Program-made: the position numbers and the translations under genes
Notes under the pieces: generated by a model
Seen by the model: the letters and a program-made list of their open reading frames with translations, nothing else
Database searches by the model: none
What the model was told of the DNA's origin: nothing
Shown: piece after piece, positions 32,319-44,040 of the stretch
Layout of the letters: each line of letters begins with the position of its first letter
Position numbering within the stretch: the first letter of the stretch is position 1
From: an uncultured Planctomycetota bacterium
GTDB taxonomy: Bacteria > Planctomycetota > Planctomycetia > Isosphaerales > Isosphaeraceae
NCBI GenBank assembly: GCA_963845755.1
Contig: CAWJTV010000019.1
Location: 352,001-416,000, forward strand
Length of the DNA stretch: 64,000 nt
Direction: 5' to 3'

Positions 32319-32494
32319 GTTGCCCCGGGCTGGTTTGTTGCGGCCCCTTCGGGGCGAGCAAGAGCGGCCCCCGATCTCAAGGACTCGGCCATCACTTTCC
32401 CTCTTGCGTGGTCCGATTCGACAGTAACATTCTTTGCGCAGCGGTCAGTAAGAAATTCCTTCATAAATGTGCGTTGTCCCCTTCGTCTTTTCCG

Positions 32495-33682
32495 TCATCG
32501 CCTCCCTGCCCCGTGCCGCGCAATCTTCAGGGAGCCGAACAGGCCGTGGAACGGGTTGTCGCTGGGGGCCAGGTGCGAGGTCAGGCCGGCCGTGAAGTAC
32601 AGCGTGTCCCTGGGGCCGGCGGCACCGCCGTTGCCGAACGCCAGCCCCCAGAGGTGCGTGATGGCGATCGGCTGGCCCTTGGCGTTCTTCAGCTCGCCGA
32701 CGAAATGGCCGTTCTTGGGATTGAAGGCGTTGATGGTGCCGTCGCCGAAATTGCCGACCAGCAGATCGTGGCTGAAGCTGCCGAAGTTCGAGGGGGCCTT
32801 CGCGATGGCCCACGGCTGATTGATGTGCGTGTCGTTGGGGCCAACCAGGCGCTGCTGTAACTGGCCGTCGGCGTTGTAGACATCGACGGCCCCTTCGCCA
32901 GGAGCTGCCGTCCCGGCGAGGACGTCATCGATCGGGGCGTATTCGACGTACAGCCGATTGTTGATGGCCTGGATGTTGAACGGATGGTAGTCGGCCGGCA
33001 GGTTGGGGTCGGTGAAGTTGCCGGCCAGGGTCGTTACCAATTGGAAGCTCTGATTGTAGACGTCGATGGTGCCCTTGGCGAAATCGGCCGCGTACAGCAG
33101 CGTTTCGCCCTGGCTATCCGTGTCGATGGCCAGGCCGAGGTAGATCGCGCCGGGGTTGGTCGCCTCGACGACCGCATGGTTGGGGTCCACTCTCGGACTC
33201 CAACCGGAGATGGTGCCGTCGGCGGTGGCGAACAGGAACTCGCTGGAGCTGGTCTTGCCGTATTCGGAGACGTCAAACCCGCCTCCGGGGTTGTAGACGA
33301 TACCGGTCGGCGCGCCGTGCGGAGAGCCTGTCGAGTTGGGCGGAACGCTGGCAACCAGCGAGAAGGTCGTCAGTGGCGAAGTCGAGGTCTTGTACAGGGT
33401 ACTGGTGCCCGTGCCCTCGTTGGCCACCCACCACTCGCCGGTGGCACTGGCGGCCAGTCCCCAGGGATTGACCAGGTTCGGGTCCTGAACCTGCGCCGGG
33501 GTGAACTGAGTGTCGTCGGACACGAGGTTGGTTTGCACGAGGGCTGTGGACAAAAGGCAGCGATCTTCGATCGCTTCCAGTCGCGGGCGGAGTCTGGCCC
33601 GTTGGCGAGGGGACGTTTGTGTGCGCCGGCGCGCTGCGGTCGCGGAGCGGTTCGCGTTTCGCAGCCAGGAAGAGAACAACAT
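32495..33682 (-). CDS. TIGR03118-family secreted protein with planctomycete leader
   Basis: LEAIEDRCLLS, QTNLVSD, DPNLVNPWG, PTGIVYN, LLVGNFGDGTINAF, LWGLAFGNG, HGLFG. Confidence 0.88.
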   Translation of the reverse strand: MLFSSWLRNANRSATAARRRTQTSPRQRARLRPRLEAIEDRCLLSTALVQTNLVSDDTQFTPAQVQDPNLVNPWGLAASATGEWWVANEGTGTSTLYKTSTSPLTTFSLVASVPPNSTGSPHGAPTGIVYNPGGGFDVSEYGKTSSSEFLFATADGTISGWSPRVDPNHAVVEATNPGAIYLGLAIDTDSQGETLLYAADFAKGTIDVYNQSFQLVTTLAGNFTDPNLPADYHPFNIQAINNRLYVEYAPIDDVLAGTAAPGEGAVDVYNADGQLQQRLVGPNDTHINQPWAIAKAPSNFGSFSHDLLVGNFGDGTINAFNPKNGHFVGELKNAKGQPIAITHLWGLAFGNGGAAGPRDTLYFTAGLTSHLAPSDNPFHGLFGSLKIARHGAGRR

Positions 33683-33737
33683 GACGTTTCTCCTTTCGAG
33701 AGCTGGTCTGCGATACAATGAGAAAGCCATCGCCCCG

Positions 33738-33824
33738 GCGCAGACCGAGCGTCGGAGCGGTGCCTGGCCGGCGGGGGCTTGCTTGGCGGTAAGGACCCCG
33801 CCGGCCGCTGCTTGAGAAATCGAA
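33738..33824 (-). promoter_or_regulatory. Duplicated structured leader, copy 1
   Basis: Roughly 90% identical (by eye) to 37278-37362; stem GGCCGGCGGGG/CCCCGCCGGCC. Confidence 0.6.
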
Positions 33825-33950
33825 GCCACCCGGGCTCCGATGGTCAGTTAATCTTCATCTTCGCCTCCAGTTCCGCGACCACCATCTTGACTTCCCCTCC
33901 TTCGACCCCGCCCCGCCGCGGGTCGGTTCGGGGTCATGGCTGGCCCGGGA

Positions 33951-36900
33951 TCATCGGTTCATCGCGACATCCCCCTTCCCCGAGGCGGCCTTCGGTGACG
34001 AATTGCCGGAATGGACCTTGGCTCGCGAGCCCTTAGGGAGAATTCCATATCGGTTCAAGAACGGCTTTGACACGTCCCCCAGCACGAGCTGGCGCCAGGT
34101 CAGGACGACGTGGTCGCTGCTGCCCGGTTCACCCGCATCCTTGCTGTCGAGGGGCTGGCCGCTCATGTTGCTCACCGCTCCCGGCCCCGCACCGTTGACG
34201 ATCAACTGGTAGGGGTGGTGGATGCTGATCCGCTGCTCGGGATGCAGCGTGACCGTGAGGGGGGTCGGGCTGAGCACGGCCCGGCTGATCCGGATCCGAT
34301 GGCCGCTCGGGTCGATGATGTCGTAGTTCCGGGCGTCTTCGGCGGAGCTGGGATCGAGCGGCTGGTCGAATGTGAGCACCACGGTCGTCGGCATGGCGTG
34401 GATTCCGAAGCGCTTGACGCTGGTGAGCTGGGGACCCGTGCTGGTGGCCGGAGCGTTGACCGTCTCGGTGGTGACGCCGATGGCGTTGGCGAAGTCGGTA
34501 TCGCCGCTGTAAACGGCGGTGATGGTGTGCGAGCCCACGGCCAGAGCCGAGATGGCGAAGGTGGCGACGCCGTCGTCGAGGGGGGCGGTCCCGAGCACGG
34601 TCGTTCCGTCCTTGAACGTCACGCTGCCCGTCGGCGTGCCGGTCGACCCGACCGCGGATGTCACGGTGGCCGTGAAGGTGACCGTCTGGCCGGCGGTCGA
34701 GGTGCTGGGCGATGCGGCGAGGCTCGTGGTCGTGCCGGCCTGACTGACCGCCTCGGGCGTGGTCCCGCTGCCGCCGGCGAAGTTGGCATCGCCGCTGTAG
34801 ACGGCGGTGATGGTGTGCGCAGCCCACGGCCAGGGTCGCGAGGGAGAAGCTGGCCGTGCCGTCGGCGCCCAGCGGGGCGGTCCCGAGCACCGTTGTCCCC
34901 TCCTCGAACGTTACGGTGCCGGTCGGCGTGCCGGTCGATCCGGCGTCGGGTGTCACGGTGGCCGTGAACGTGACCATCTGGCCGATGGTCGAAGAACTCG
35001 GCGAGGACCTGAGCGTCGTGGTGTCAGCGGATGGCGTAACTTGAACTTGACCGGGCGCGAACTTCGCGATGAAGGCGTTGCTGGAGCCGCCGAGGGTCGA
35101 CTGAAGGGCGTTCTTGATCGGGAAGTTGCCCGGGAAGGCAAGCCCCGTGACGTAGATGTTGCCGGCCGAGTCCACGGCGATGGCTTGTCCAGCGTCAATG
35201 ACGCCCTCGTCGGCGATAGTGCCGCCGAGGTAGGTCGAGTACTTCAGCGCCGTGCCGTCGGCGTTGAGCTCCGAAACGAAGGCGTCGATGTCTTCGAAGA
35301 TGACGGACTGCACGGCGTCGGCAGTCGTCGGGAAGTTGGTCGAAGTGGTGTAACCCGTGATCCATGCGTCGCCGGCCGAGTCCACGGCGATCCCGGTGCC
35401 GTGATCGAAGCCATTGCCGCCGAGGTAGGTCGAATAGATCAGCGCCGTACCGTTAGCATTGAGTTTCGTCAGGAAGGCGCCGCCGTAGGTACCCGTCAGG
35501 AAGGCGCCGGCGGTGGTTGGGAAGCTGGTCGAAGTGGTGGAACCCGTGATATAGGCGTTGCCGGCCGAGTCCACAGCGATCCCGGTGCCATAGTCTTCGC
35601 CGATGCCGCCGAGGTAGGTGGAATAGACCAGCGCCGAACCGGTGGCATTGAGCTTGGTCACGAATGCATCGCTCTCGTAGTCGCTCTGCACCGTCTGGAA
35701 GGCGCCGACGGTGGTCGGGAAGTCGGTCGAACTGGCCGTTCCCGTGACGAAGGCGTCGCCGGTGGCATCCACGGCGATCCCGTTGCCGGAATCCCCGTCA
35801 AAGCCCAGGCAGGTCGAGTAGACCAGAGCCGAACCATTGGCGTTGAGCTTCGCCACGAAGGCGGCGCCGTTGCCGTCGGTATCCGCCTCGAAGGCGCCGG
35901 CGGTGGTCGGGAAGCCTTGACCGTCGGTCGAACCGGTCGATCCCGTGACGTAGGCGTTGCCGGCCGAGTCCACGGCGATCCCGTTGCCTTGAGCGTTGCC
36001 AGAGCCGTCGAGGTAGGTGGAGTAGACCAGCGCCGAACCGTTGGGATTGAGCTTGGCCACGAAGGCGTAGTTGCCGCTGTCACCCGGCTCCGTCTGGAAG
36101 GCGCCGGCGGTGGTCGGGAACTCGTTCGAAGTGGTGGAACCCGTGATGTAGGCGTCGCCGGCCGAGTCCACGGCGATCCCATTGGCCTGAGACGTACCTT
36201 CGCCGCCGAGGTAGGTCGAGTAGACCAGCGCCGTGCCGGCGGCATTGAGCTTGGACACGAAGACGTTCTGGCTGCCGAGAGTCCCCGAGATGGAACCGGC
36301 GGTGGTCGGGAAGTTGTCCGAAGTGGTGGATCCGGAGATATAGACATTCCCGTCCTGGTCCACGGCGATGGCGTTGCCCTGGTCGTTGCCGTCGCCACCG
36401 AGGTAGGTGGAGTACACCAGGGTGGGATCGATGACCAGGGGCTGGCTGGGGTCATAGGTTCCCACCGCGAAGCCGACCTGGCCGTCCTGCTCCAGGACAT
36501 AATGGCCCGAGACGGCCTGGCGAGCGCCAGCGATCTCCTGGTAGAGTACCGGCGCATGCTCCACCACGTCGCCCGCGGCCGTGTGCAGTACGAGGTCGCC
36601 CTGGGCGTCGAGAGCCATCGACTCGGCCCCCGAGAACGCGAGCCGGATCACCCCCGGGTCGGTTCCCGGCGCGACTGTGAAGTCGTACTCCAACTGCTGC
36701 TGGTTGCCGTAGTACACGAGATTCACGCCGGGATAAACGCCCGGCTCCTGCACCCGGGCGAAGTTGGGCACGTCGGTGACCCATTGGCTCGGGTTGTTGC
36801 CGGTGATGTAGTTACTCGTGCTGGGGATTTGATCTTGCCCCACCAGTTGCGGCGCCGCGTCGGCGCCGACCAGTTGCATCCGCAGCGCGGCCCCCGGCGA

Positions 36901-37188
36901 CTGCTGTGCGGCGCCGGCCGTAGCCGACTGAAGGCTCAGGACGGCCTCCTCGGGGGTGAGGAACAGGGTGTAGCCGGCGCCGTGGGCCAGGTACTGGACC
37001 TGGGCGTCGGTCTGTCCCTGGTTGACTTCGAAGCTCATGGGGATCTGGTCGTAGGCCGCCAGCGGCGCGGCCGCCCCGCTGAGCATCGTACGACTCTCCA
37101 ATTCCTCGACCCGAGCCCGATGGCGATGCGCCCCCGCAGACCGGAACCGGATCCTCTGGTGAAGCCTCGAGAAACGAGAGTTGTTCAT
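33951..37188 (-). CDS. SBBP-repeat beta-propeller surface protein with Ig-like (Big_3) domains (frameshift near 34820)
   Basis: VEELESRTMLS, FEVNQGQTD, LVIDPTLVYSTYLGG, repeated IAVDSAGNAYVTGST, continuation in ORF 33951..34664. Confidence 0.88.
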
Positions 37189-37277
37189 GGCAGGCGACTC
37201 CGTGGAATGGTCCAGCGAGATAAAACTTCTCCCGAAAGCAAGAAACGTCGGGCCTACCAGGGGGCACTGCCGCCGGT

Positions 37278-37362
37278 GCGCAGACCGAGCGCCGGAGCAG
37301 TGCCGGGCCGGCGGGGGCTTGCTTGACGGTAAGGCCCCCCGGCCGCTGCTTGGAAAATCGAA
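37278..37362 (-). promoter_or_regulatory. Duplicated structured leader, copy 2
   Basis: Matches 33738-33824; lies ~90 nt upstream of the SBBP gene start. Confidence 0.6.
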
Positions 37363-37367
37363 CCGAG

Positions 37368-37483
37368 TCCTGGGGTTTCACACCGGACTGGGCTCCTGCG
37401 GCCCTTCAGGCCGCGGGGACGTCGGGTGTTGTGGGCTCTCCTGGGGTTTCACCCCAGGCTGGGCTCCTGCGGCCCTTCAGGCC
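37368..37483. repeat. Two direct copies of a 45-bp REP-like unit
   Basis: TCCTGGGGTTTCAC..CTGGGCTCCTGCGGCCCTTCAGGCC at 37368-37412 and 37439-37483. Confidence 0.8.
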
Positions 37484-37591
37484 ACCGGAGAGCGTCGCCG
37501 GCATGGCGCGCATGCGCAACCCAAGTGATAGGCGCTCTAGTCAGATGTCTCCTTTCTCCTCGCTGTCCGCGAGGCCGATGAGGGACCGCGC

Positions 37592-40500
37592 TCAGCTTCC
37601 GGTCCCTAAACCCACAGGGCAGGCTGTTCCTCCACCTTTTCCTCCTCCCTTTTTCCCCCTCGTGCCTGGCTCACTTCGCAGCAGCTCTTCGGCCTCCGCG
37701 CGGAATGCCTTCAATTCGTCCTGATACTGCGACGGCAAGTCCTTGTGCGCCTCGGTCCACTTCAGGGCTCGATCAAAGCAGTCCCTGGCCTTCAGCGAAT
37801 CCCCGAGTTTGGCATGGCCCATGGCGAGGAAGAGCAAGTCAAAGGCGTCGAACTGTCCCTTTCCGGCTTTGAGGCTGTTTTCGAGCGTGGCGATGGACTC
37901 TCCATAAAGTCCGTTGCGATACTGGGCCACGCCCAGCGTATTGAGGTACGCCTGGGAGTCGGGCGCCCGCTGGATGATCATCTTGGCGAGCTCCAGCCCT
38001 CGGACCGGGTCGCGCTCGGCCGCGGGGCCGGTGAGGAGACGCCAGGCCCTGCCATTGAGCTTCCCCGGCGCGTTTCGCGCGAGCTCCACCACCTTCTTGC
38101 GGTCGGCGTCGGCGTGGCTCCGGTCGTTCAAGGCGTCGTAACAGCGGGCGCGCTGAGCGTACAGGTCGGCGTACTCGGGGGAGAACTTCAGCAAGGCGGT
38201 GAGGTCCTCGACCGCCTCGGCGTGGCGCCCGAGGCGCTGGAGGGACTCGCCGCGGGCCCAGAGAGCGTCCAGGTGGCCTGGTTGCTCTAGCAGGACCCAG
38301 GTCGCATCGACGACGGCCTCCGCCCAATGGCCGCGGCGGTGCGCGGCCATGGCCCGCAGGCGGCGAACCTCGAAGTCGTCGGGGCGGATCGTTCGTGCGA
38401 TCGACAGGTGGGCGAACGCATCCCCAAAGCGCCCGTCCGCGTGCGCCAGGGCCCCGAGCCGGGCGTGGGCATCGGCGTCGAAGGGATTGACCCAACAGGC
38501 GATGGCCGCCTGGATCAGCTCCCACCGGCGCAGTTGGGCCGCGTCGCTGGCCAGCTCCGGATCATGCACCTTCACGGCGGGCGCCGGCCACGTCATCGGC
38601 CGGTCCGTCTGCTCGGGGTACGGAGGCAAATCCATGTCCAAACCCAGCTCGGCGAGCTGACTGCGTATGACCCTCAGGTCCCAGCGATAGAGCTGCCGGG
38701 ACTCCCGGCCGATGGCATATAACCAGGTGCCGTCGGGGCTGAAGTTCCGCGGCTCGAGGCGAGTCTGCTCAGGGATGCTCAGGCGGGCCATCTCCTTGCC
38801 GGTCTCGAAGTTCACCAGCAGGATTTCACCATACCCAGCGAGACAGGCGAGCAGCCGGCCGTCGGGCGCGAGCAGGCCGGACGGACAGGGAACGGCTTTG
38901 GGCTGCCAGGTGCCGACCTTGCACCAGTACGGCGAGCGATAGAGATTCGTGGTGTGCAGCCAGATGCCGTTTGCGCTGAAAACTGGGTTCGCAGTCGGAT
39001 CTACCGGCAACACGGTTATCAACTTGCCCGTTGCCGCCTCCCAGACCTTGGCGTTCTCACCGTTTGGGTCGTCCCAGTGACTGCCGGTTACAACCCAGCG
39101 CCCATCAGGACTGACGTCGACGTGACTCAACTCGTACTGGGGCCCCAGGGTCAGTGTTCGGAGCGGCGGGCCCAGGTGAACGACTGTTGCGTGCGTCCCG
39201 CGCAAACGCCAGCACTCGCCCATCCCGGGAGGCACCGAACGGCCTGTTGTCGATCGTTGTCGGCACGGTGTGCTGCGAGGTGACCCTTTGAGGCGGGCCC
39301 AGGCGGTAGCTCTCTGGCGAGCCGGCGTCCACGCGGACCGGCCAGCGGAAGACTCCATTCGCATTCCGACTCAACAGGGCGCCCGAGGCATCAAACCCAA
39401 ACCGGCCCTCGATCGCCAGGTCCGCCGACAACAGCCACCCGTGCGGGTATAGCAGGTGGTAGAAGTCGTCCTCGATGATCGCCGGGGTGGCCGAGATCAA
39501 CACCCGGTGTTCCCGGCCTGGGGCGAATCGCAGTAACTTGATAGTGTCGCCGGTGGATCGCGCCGCGAGAAACTGGTCATCGCGACAAAGGCTGAGCCAA
39601 GACCAGGCGGGCAGATGCCCCGAGCTGTTGCCCGGCATGTTGAACAGCTGCCTGCCCGTACCGGCGTCCCAGACGCGGAGGAGTCCGCTCCAATCGCCGC
39701 TGAGGAGGCGATCGCCGGTCGAGTTGAATCGTAGGCTGAGGCCGCTGCGAGAGAGCCCCTCATAGGGCAGGGTCAGTTGCTGCCCTGTCTCGCTGTCCCA
39801 CAGGACGAGTTTTTGCTCAAAGCAGTCGATGGCCAGCCTTCTGCCGTCTGGGTTCCAGGCGACAGCCGACACGCCGTTGGAGTTGGTGAACCGGGGGGAA
39901 AGGAGGGTGCCGCCCTCGACGTCGTAGAGGCGAACCTCGACCCCGCAAGCGACGGCCAGGCGGGGAAGGCGGGGGTGGAACATGGCGGCGTACGGGGGAA
40001 CTCCGACCTGCCACTGCCGCACGACCGCCCCCGTTTCGGTGTCGTAGACGGTGAGCGTGCCGTCACGGTGGCCGACGGCAAGCTGCCGCCCGTCCGGCCG
40101 GAATGCCGTGGCCGACTCGGATATCCCGCGATCTTCCAGCACCAACTTCGCCTGGGGCCCATCGCAGCGCCACAGCTTCATCCAGTCCGACCCTTTCCCG
40201 GCGATGTGCGGGCTGCCCAGGGCCAGAAAACGGAGGTCCGGGCTGTGCCACTCCCCAGCCTTGGAACTCCCTGCAACGTGCAGCTCCCTTTGCCGCTCCT
40301 CCTTCCCATCGACCAGCCGACAGTAATAAGCGTGGCCATCGTCCACTTGCACGTAGCGCTGCCCGGTCGGGTCGGAGGCAATCTCGGGAGAGGGACTCGC
40401 CGTCTTCCATTGGGGCCCGCCATCAGCAATGTCGGGCAAGCACAGCGCGGCAATGGCCTCGTTGCGCAGCTCGTCGAATGTCTCGGGCGGCTTCCGCAGT

Positions 40501-42017
40501 CGCCGGGCCAACTGGACCGCCTCCTGAATTGCCTCCAGGCTTTTGAATCGCTGCCCGGATCGGCCGCTGTACCGCCGCGCCCGCGCCTCGGCGACCTGGG
40601 ACGTGAACAGCTTCTCCAGCGCGACGCCTTCCGCCTGGCGCCGGTAGCCCAGCTCCCGCTCCAAGCGCAGGGCGAACACCGAGGAACTCACGGCCACGAC
40701 CAGCAAGAGCAGCAGGACGGCGGCCGACAGGCCGGCCAGCCAGGGATTTCGGCGGCACCAACGCCAGGCTTGCTCGGCGGCGGTGGCGCGCCGCGCATGG
40801 ATGGGGCGATCGGCCAGGAACCGGCGCAGGTCCTCCGCCAGCGCCTCGGCCGTCGCGTAGCGCTCCCTGGGGTCCTTCGCCAGGCACTTGAGCACTAGCG
40901 TCTCCAGATCGCGCGGGACCCGCGGGTCGAGCTTGCACGGCGGCCGGGGCGGCTCGTGCTGCACCCGGTCGATGAGCCGGCCCTTGTTCGTGTCGTCGAA
41001 CGCCGGCCGGAGTGTCAGCAGTTCGTAGAGCGTCAGGCCCAGGCCATAGACGTCGCTCTGCGCTAGCGACTTACCCTCGAACCGCTCGGGAGCCATGAAG
41101 CGGATCGTGCCGACGATGTCGCCGGTCTGCGTCAGCTCCTCCGTCCCCTCGGCCTTGGCCAGCCCAAAGTCGGCGACCCACACCGTCCCCTGGAGATCGA
41201 GCAGCAGGTTCGACGGCTTGACGTCGCGGTGCAGGATGCCCTGGCGGTGGGCGTAGGCCAGCGCGTCGGCGACCTGGACGCCGAGCCGCGCCACGCCTCG
41301 GAAGTACTCCGCCTCGGGCCCGCACGGCGACAGCCGCGAGGTCAGCGACGAAGGATCGGGGCGTTCGGTCGGCTCGCCGGGATCGGCGACCGTGGGCGAA
41401 TTGAACTGGCCGGTCAGAAGGCTGTGCGCCACGCTCCCCTCGGAAGGCAGTGCCTCACCGGCTCCCAGCGGCCGGCGGAGGCGGCGGACGTCGGCCAGCA
41501 CCTTGTCGAGCCCCTCGCCCTGGATGAACTGCATGGCGTAGTAGTGGACGCCGTCGCACTCGCCGACGCCGAAGACGGGCACGATGTTGGTGTGGTGCAG
41601 CCGACCGGCCGCCTGGGCCTCGCGGCGGAAGCGGGCCAGGTACGTCGGGTTCAGCAGCGCCGAGGACGGCAACACCTTGAGGGCCACGTGCCGGCCGAGC
41701 GATTCTTGCTCCGCCTCGTAAACGACGCCCATACCGCCCCGGCCCACCTCACGCAGGATGCGGTAGTCGCCGAGGCGCTCCAGGTTGGCGAGGGCGGGTA
41801 TCGCCGGCCGCTCGAAGTCGTCGGTGGCGTCGGTGGCCGGCTTCAGTTTCTCGATCTGCACCAGCGCCGGAAACAGATCGCGGATGTCGGCGGCGAGGTC
41901 GGGGTAACGGTCTGTGTACTCGCTCAGGGGCGGGTGCTTGCCCTGGCGGTGGCGTTCGACGAAATCCGCGGCCAACCGCTCCAGCACTTCATCGCGGGAC
42001 GAATTGGACGAGGGCAT
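37592..42017 (-). CDS. Ser/Thr kinase with WD40 repeats and C-terminal TPRs (frameshift near 39195)
   Basis: GRGGMGVV, VALKVL, HRDVKPSN, DFG, RFLADRPIHAR..WRWCRRNP, WD40 repeats, YLNTLGVAQYRNG. Confidence 0.9.
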
Positions 42018-42035
42018 TGCATTCCTCCGGGACGT

Positions 42036-42668
42036 TCAGCCGAAGAACCCGGGCACGGCGTCCAGAATCGCCTTGAGCCGTCGAATCGCCCGGATGTAGC
42101 GCTTGCTGGCCGCCGAGGTTTCGATCCCGAGGACCTCGGCCGCCTCGATGTTGCTCAGTTCTTCGAAGTGACGCAGCACGACCACCTCGCGGTCGATGGG
42201 GTCCATGCTGTTGAGCACCTCGTGCAGCCGAAGCTGCATCTCCGCCCGAACGGCGGCCTGTGTGGGCGACGTCAGGCCGGCCAGCAGCTGCTGCGCCAGC
42301 GACGCGGACGAGGCCGCCGGCATTGGGCCGCGGTACAGCGAGACCTCCCGCCCGGCATCGCGCATCTCCGCGCCCAGGTTGCGGCGATGCACATCGACGA
42401 GCCGCTGCCCCGTCAGGGACCGCAGCCAGATGTAGAACGGCACGGTCGGGGAGGCCGCGTACTCGGGGAAGCGCCGGGCCACATCCAGGTAAGTGTCCTG
42501 GAGGACGTCCGACGTGTCGATGCGACCGTACAGGCGGCGATCGAGGCGAAGCCGGACCATCTTGCACAGGCGGTCGCGGTAGCGGGCGAACAGCGTGGCT
42601 AGAGCCTGCTGATCGCCCTCTTTCGCCCGCCGCAGGAGGTCGGTCTCGTCGCTCGCGGGTGCGGTCAT
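42036..42668 (-). CDS. ECF sigma factor, planctomycete TIGR02984-like
   Basis: [62 protein letters not shown]. Confidence 0.9.
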   Translation of the reverse strand: MTAPASDETDLLRRAKEGDQQALATLFARYRDRLCKMVRLRLDRRLYGRIDTSDVLQDTYLDVARRFPEYAASPTVPFYIWLRSLTGQRLVDVHRRNLGAEMRDAGREVSLYRGPMPAASSASLAQQLLAGLTSPTQAAVRAEMQLRLHEVLNSMDPIDREVVVLRHFEELSNIEAAEVLGIETSAASKRYIRAIRRLKAILDAVPGFFG

Positions 42669-42834
42669 GTTGGTCCCCCTTAAGGTATATTCCGCACTGC
42701 AGGCCTGCGCGAGGACAGGAAAAAAGGTAGCCGGCCTGGTGATCAGCGACGGACTCAGCATACTCGGCCGATAACGATGCCAACAGTGACCGTACAAAAG
42801 GCCGCTGCCTGCGATGGGATCGTTCCCTGCCGAG

Positions 42835-43110
42835 CCCCGCGTGCCTACGATCGCCCCGAAGCCGGTGACCAGCGTCTTGTCGGTCAACTGTTGCCCGGCC
42901 GCCTTGGCCACGCCGAAGTCGATGATCTTGGGCACCGACTTGCCGTCATAGAGGTCAACCAGCACGTTGGAGGGCTTGAGGTCGCGGTGGATGATGCCCT
43001 TCTGATGCGCGTGCTGCACCGCCTGACAGACCGGGATGAACAGTTCCAGCCGCTGCCGCGGCGTGAGGTGGTGCTCGTCGCAGTAGCGGGTGATGGGCAC
43101 CCCTTGACGA
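42835..43110 (-). pseudogene. Internal fragment of a Ser/Thr kinase
   Basis: PITRYCD...[22 protein letters not shown]...IIDFGVAKA...GAIVGT; lacks the N-lobe and most of the C-lobe. Confidence 0.8.
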
Positions 43111-43218
43111 GATTACGGATCACCTGAGCCCAAGATCGGCATGCAGGCCGGCCGACGAATGGGCCCGAGAACCCCTCGGGCCCATTCGTCGGCCTCTATC
43201 TTCCCATCGAGGTCGAAC

Positions 43219-43575
43219 ATGACTGACATGCAAGGTCTGCAACGGTCGAGCACCAGGTCCCAACCTCCTCGGGAAGGCCCGAGCCGGGCATCGCCACCAT
43301 TCCTGGATTGTCACATCACGGAAGGATTCCTGGGATGGATGGCGCAGGCTGGCGGGAGAACCGGCTCACCGGCGGATTGATCCTCGACGTTGCCTGTGGC
43401 GAACCGCTCGCCACCGGCCTCTGCATGCCCCATTCACCGCGCCTCCATCGCGGTCAACTCTGGGTCCTGAACTCGGGCGCAGGCGAGCTCTTGCGCGTCA
43501 ACCCGGCGACCGGCCAACGGGAGGTCGTCTGCGTCCTCCCCGGCTATCTTCGTGGTCTGAGCTTCGTCAACCGAG
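43219..43575 (+). pseudogene. TIGR03032/DUF4915-family remnant with internal deletion
   Basis: GWRENRLTGGLILDV...GLCMPHSPR...LWVLNSGAGEL...LPGYLRGLSF. Confidence 0.7.
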
Positions 43576-43599
43576 TGACACGAGAGGGCAAAAAAAGGC

Positions 43600-44028
43600 T
43601 CAGGCCCGTTCCCGCTTTTGGACCGAGCCCAGGATGCCCGCGATGGTCGTCTTGGCGAGCTGCTCGTCCATCCGCCGCTCGACCTCGCCATAGACCGCTG
43701 TAAGGATGCCCTGGATGTTCCGACCCACCGGGCAGAGCGGGTTGGGCTCGCTCCGGTGCAGGGCAATCGTCTCGCCCTGCGGCTCGACCGCCCGGAGCAC
43801 ATTCAGGAGCGTGATTCGCCCGGCGGGGACCTTGAGCCGCCAGCCGCCGCCGATCCCGCCTTGGGACTCGACGATCCCGGCCTCGCGGAGGCGGCCGAGC
43901 AGGCGGCGGATGACCACGGGATTCGTGTTGACGCTCCCGGCGATGTACTCCGAGGTCTGGGCCTGGTCCGGCGTCAATGCGAGCAGGGTCAGGATGTGGA
44001 CGCCGACGGTGAGCTTGGAACTGAGCAT
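43600..44028 (-). CDS. Rrf2-family regulator (YwnA/HypR-like, single Cys)
   Basis: TSEYIAGSVNTNPVVIRRLLGRL, GGWRL, ITLLNVLRAVE, PNPLCPVG. Confidence 0.9.
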   Translation of the reverse strand: MLSSKLTVGVHILTLLALTPDQAQTSEYIAGSVNTNPVVIRRLLGRLREAGIVESQGGIGGGWRLKVPAGRITLLNVLRAVEPQGETIALHRSEPNPLCPVGRNIQGILTAVYGEVERRMDEQLAKTTIAGILGSVQKRERA

Positions 44029-44040
44029 CGCCTCTCCGAT

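Larger units (their letters stand above)
31168..32355. repeat. REPIN-like ~200-bp palindrome interrupted by an IS
   Basis: GCCCCGAAGGGGCC, AGCCCGGGGCATCGCCCCGGG and AGCCCTGAAAGGGCG are mirrored by CGCCCTTTCAGGGCT, CCCGGGGCGTT|GTTGCCCCGGGCT and GGCCCCTTCGGGGC. Confidence 0.8.

Noticed and set aside
34807..37326. Long plus-strand ORFs antisense to real genes (also 7371..9188, 4926..6272, 47336..48763, 49565..51238)
   Set aside because: Shadow ORFs typical of high-GC codon bias, with no recognisable motifs
42036..43100. Apparent kinase-ECF sigma fusion ORF (354 aa)
   Set aside because: The kinase part is only a ~90-aa internal fragment, the linker looks non-coding, and the sigma has its own plausible start at 42668. 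The in-frame join is most likely chance.
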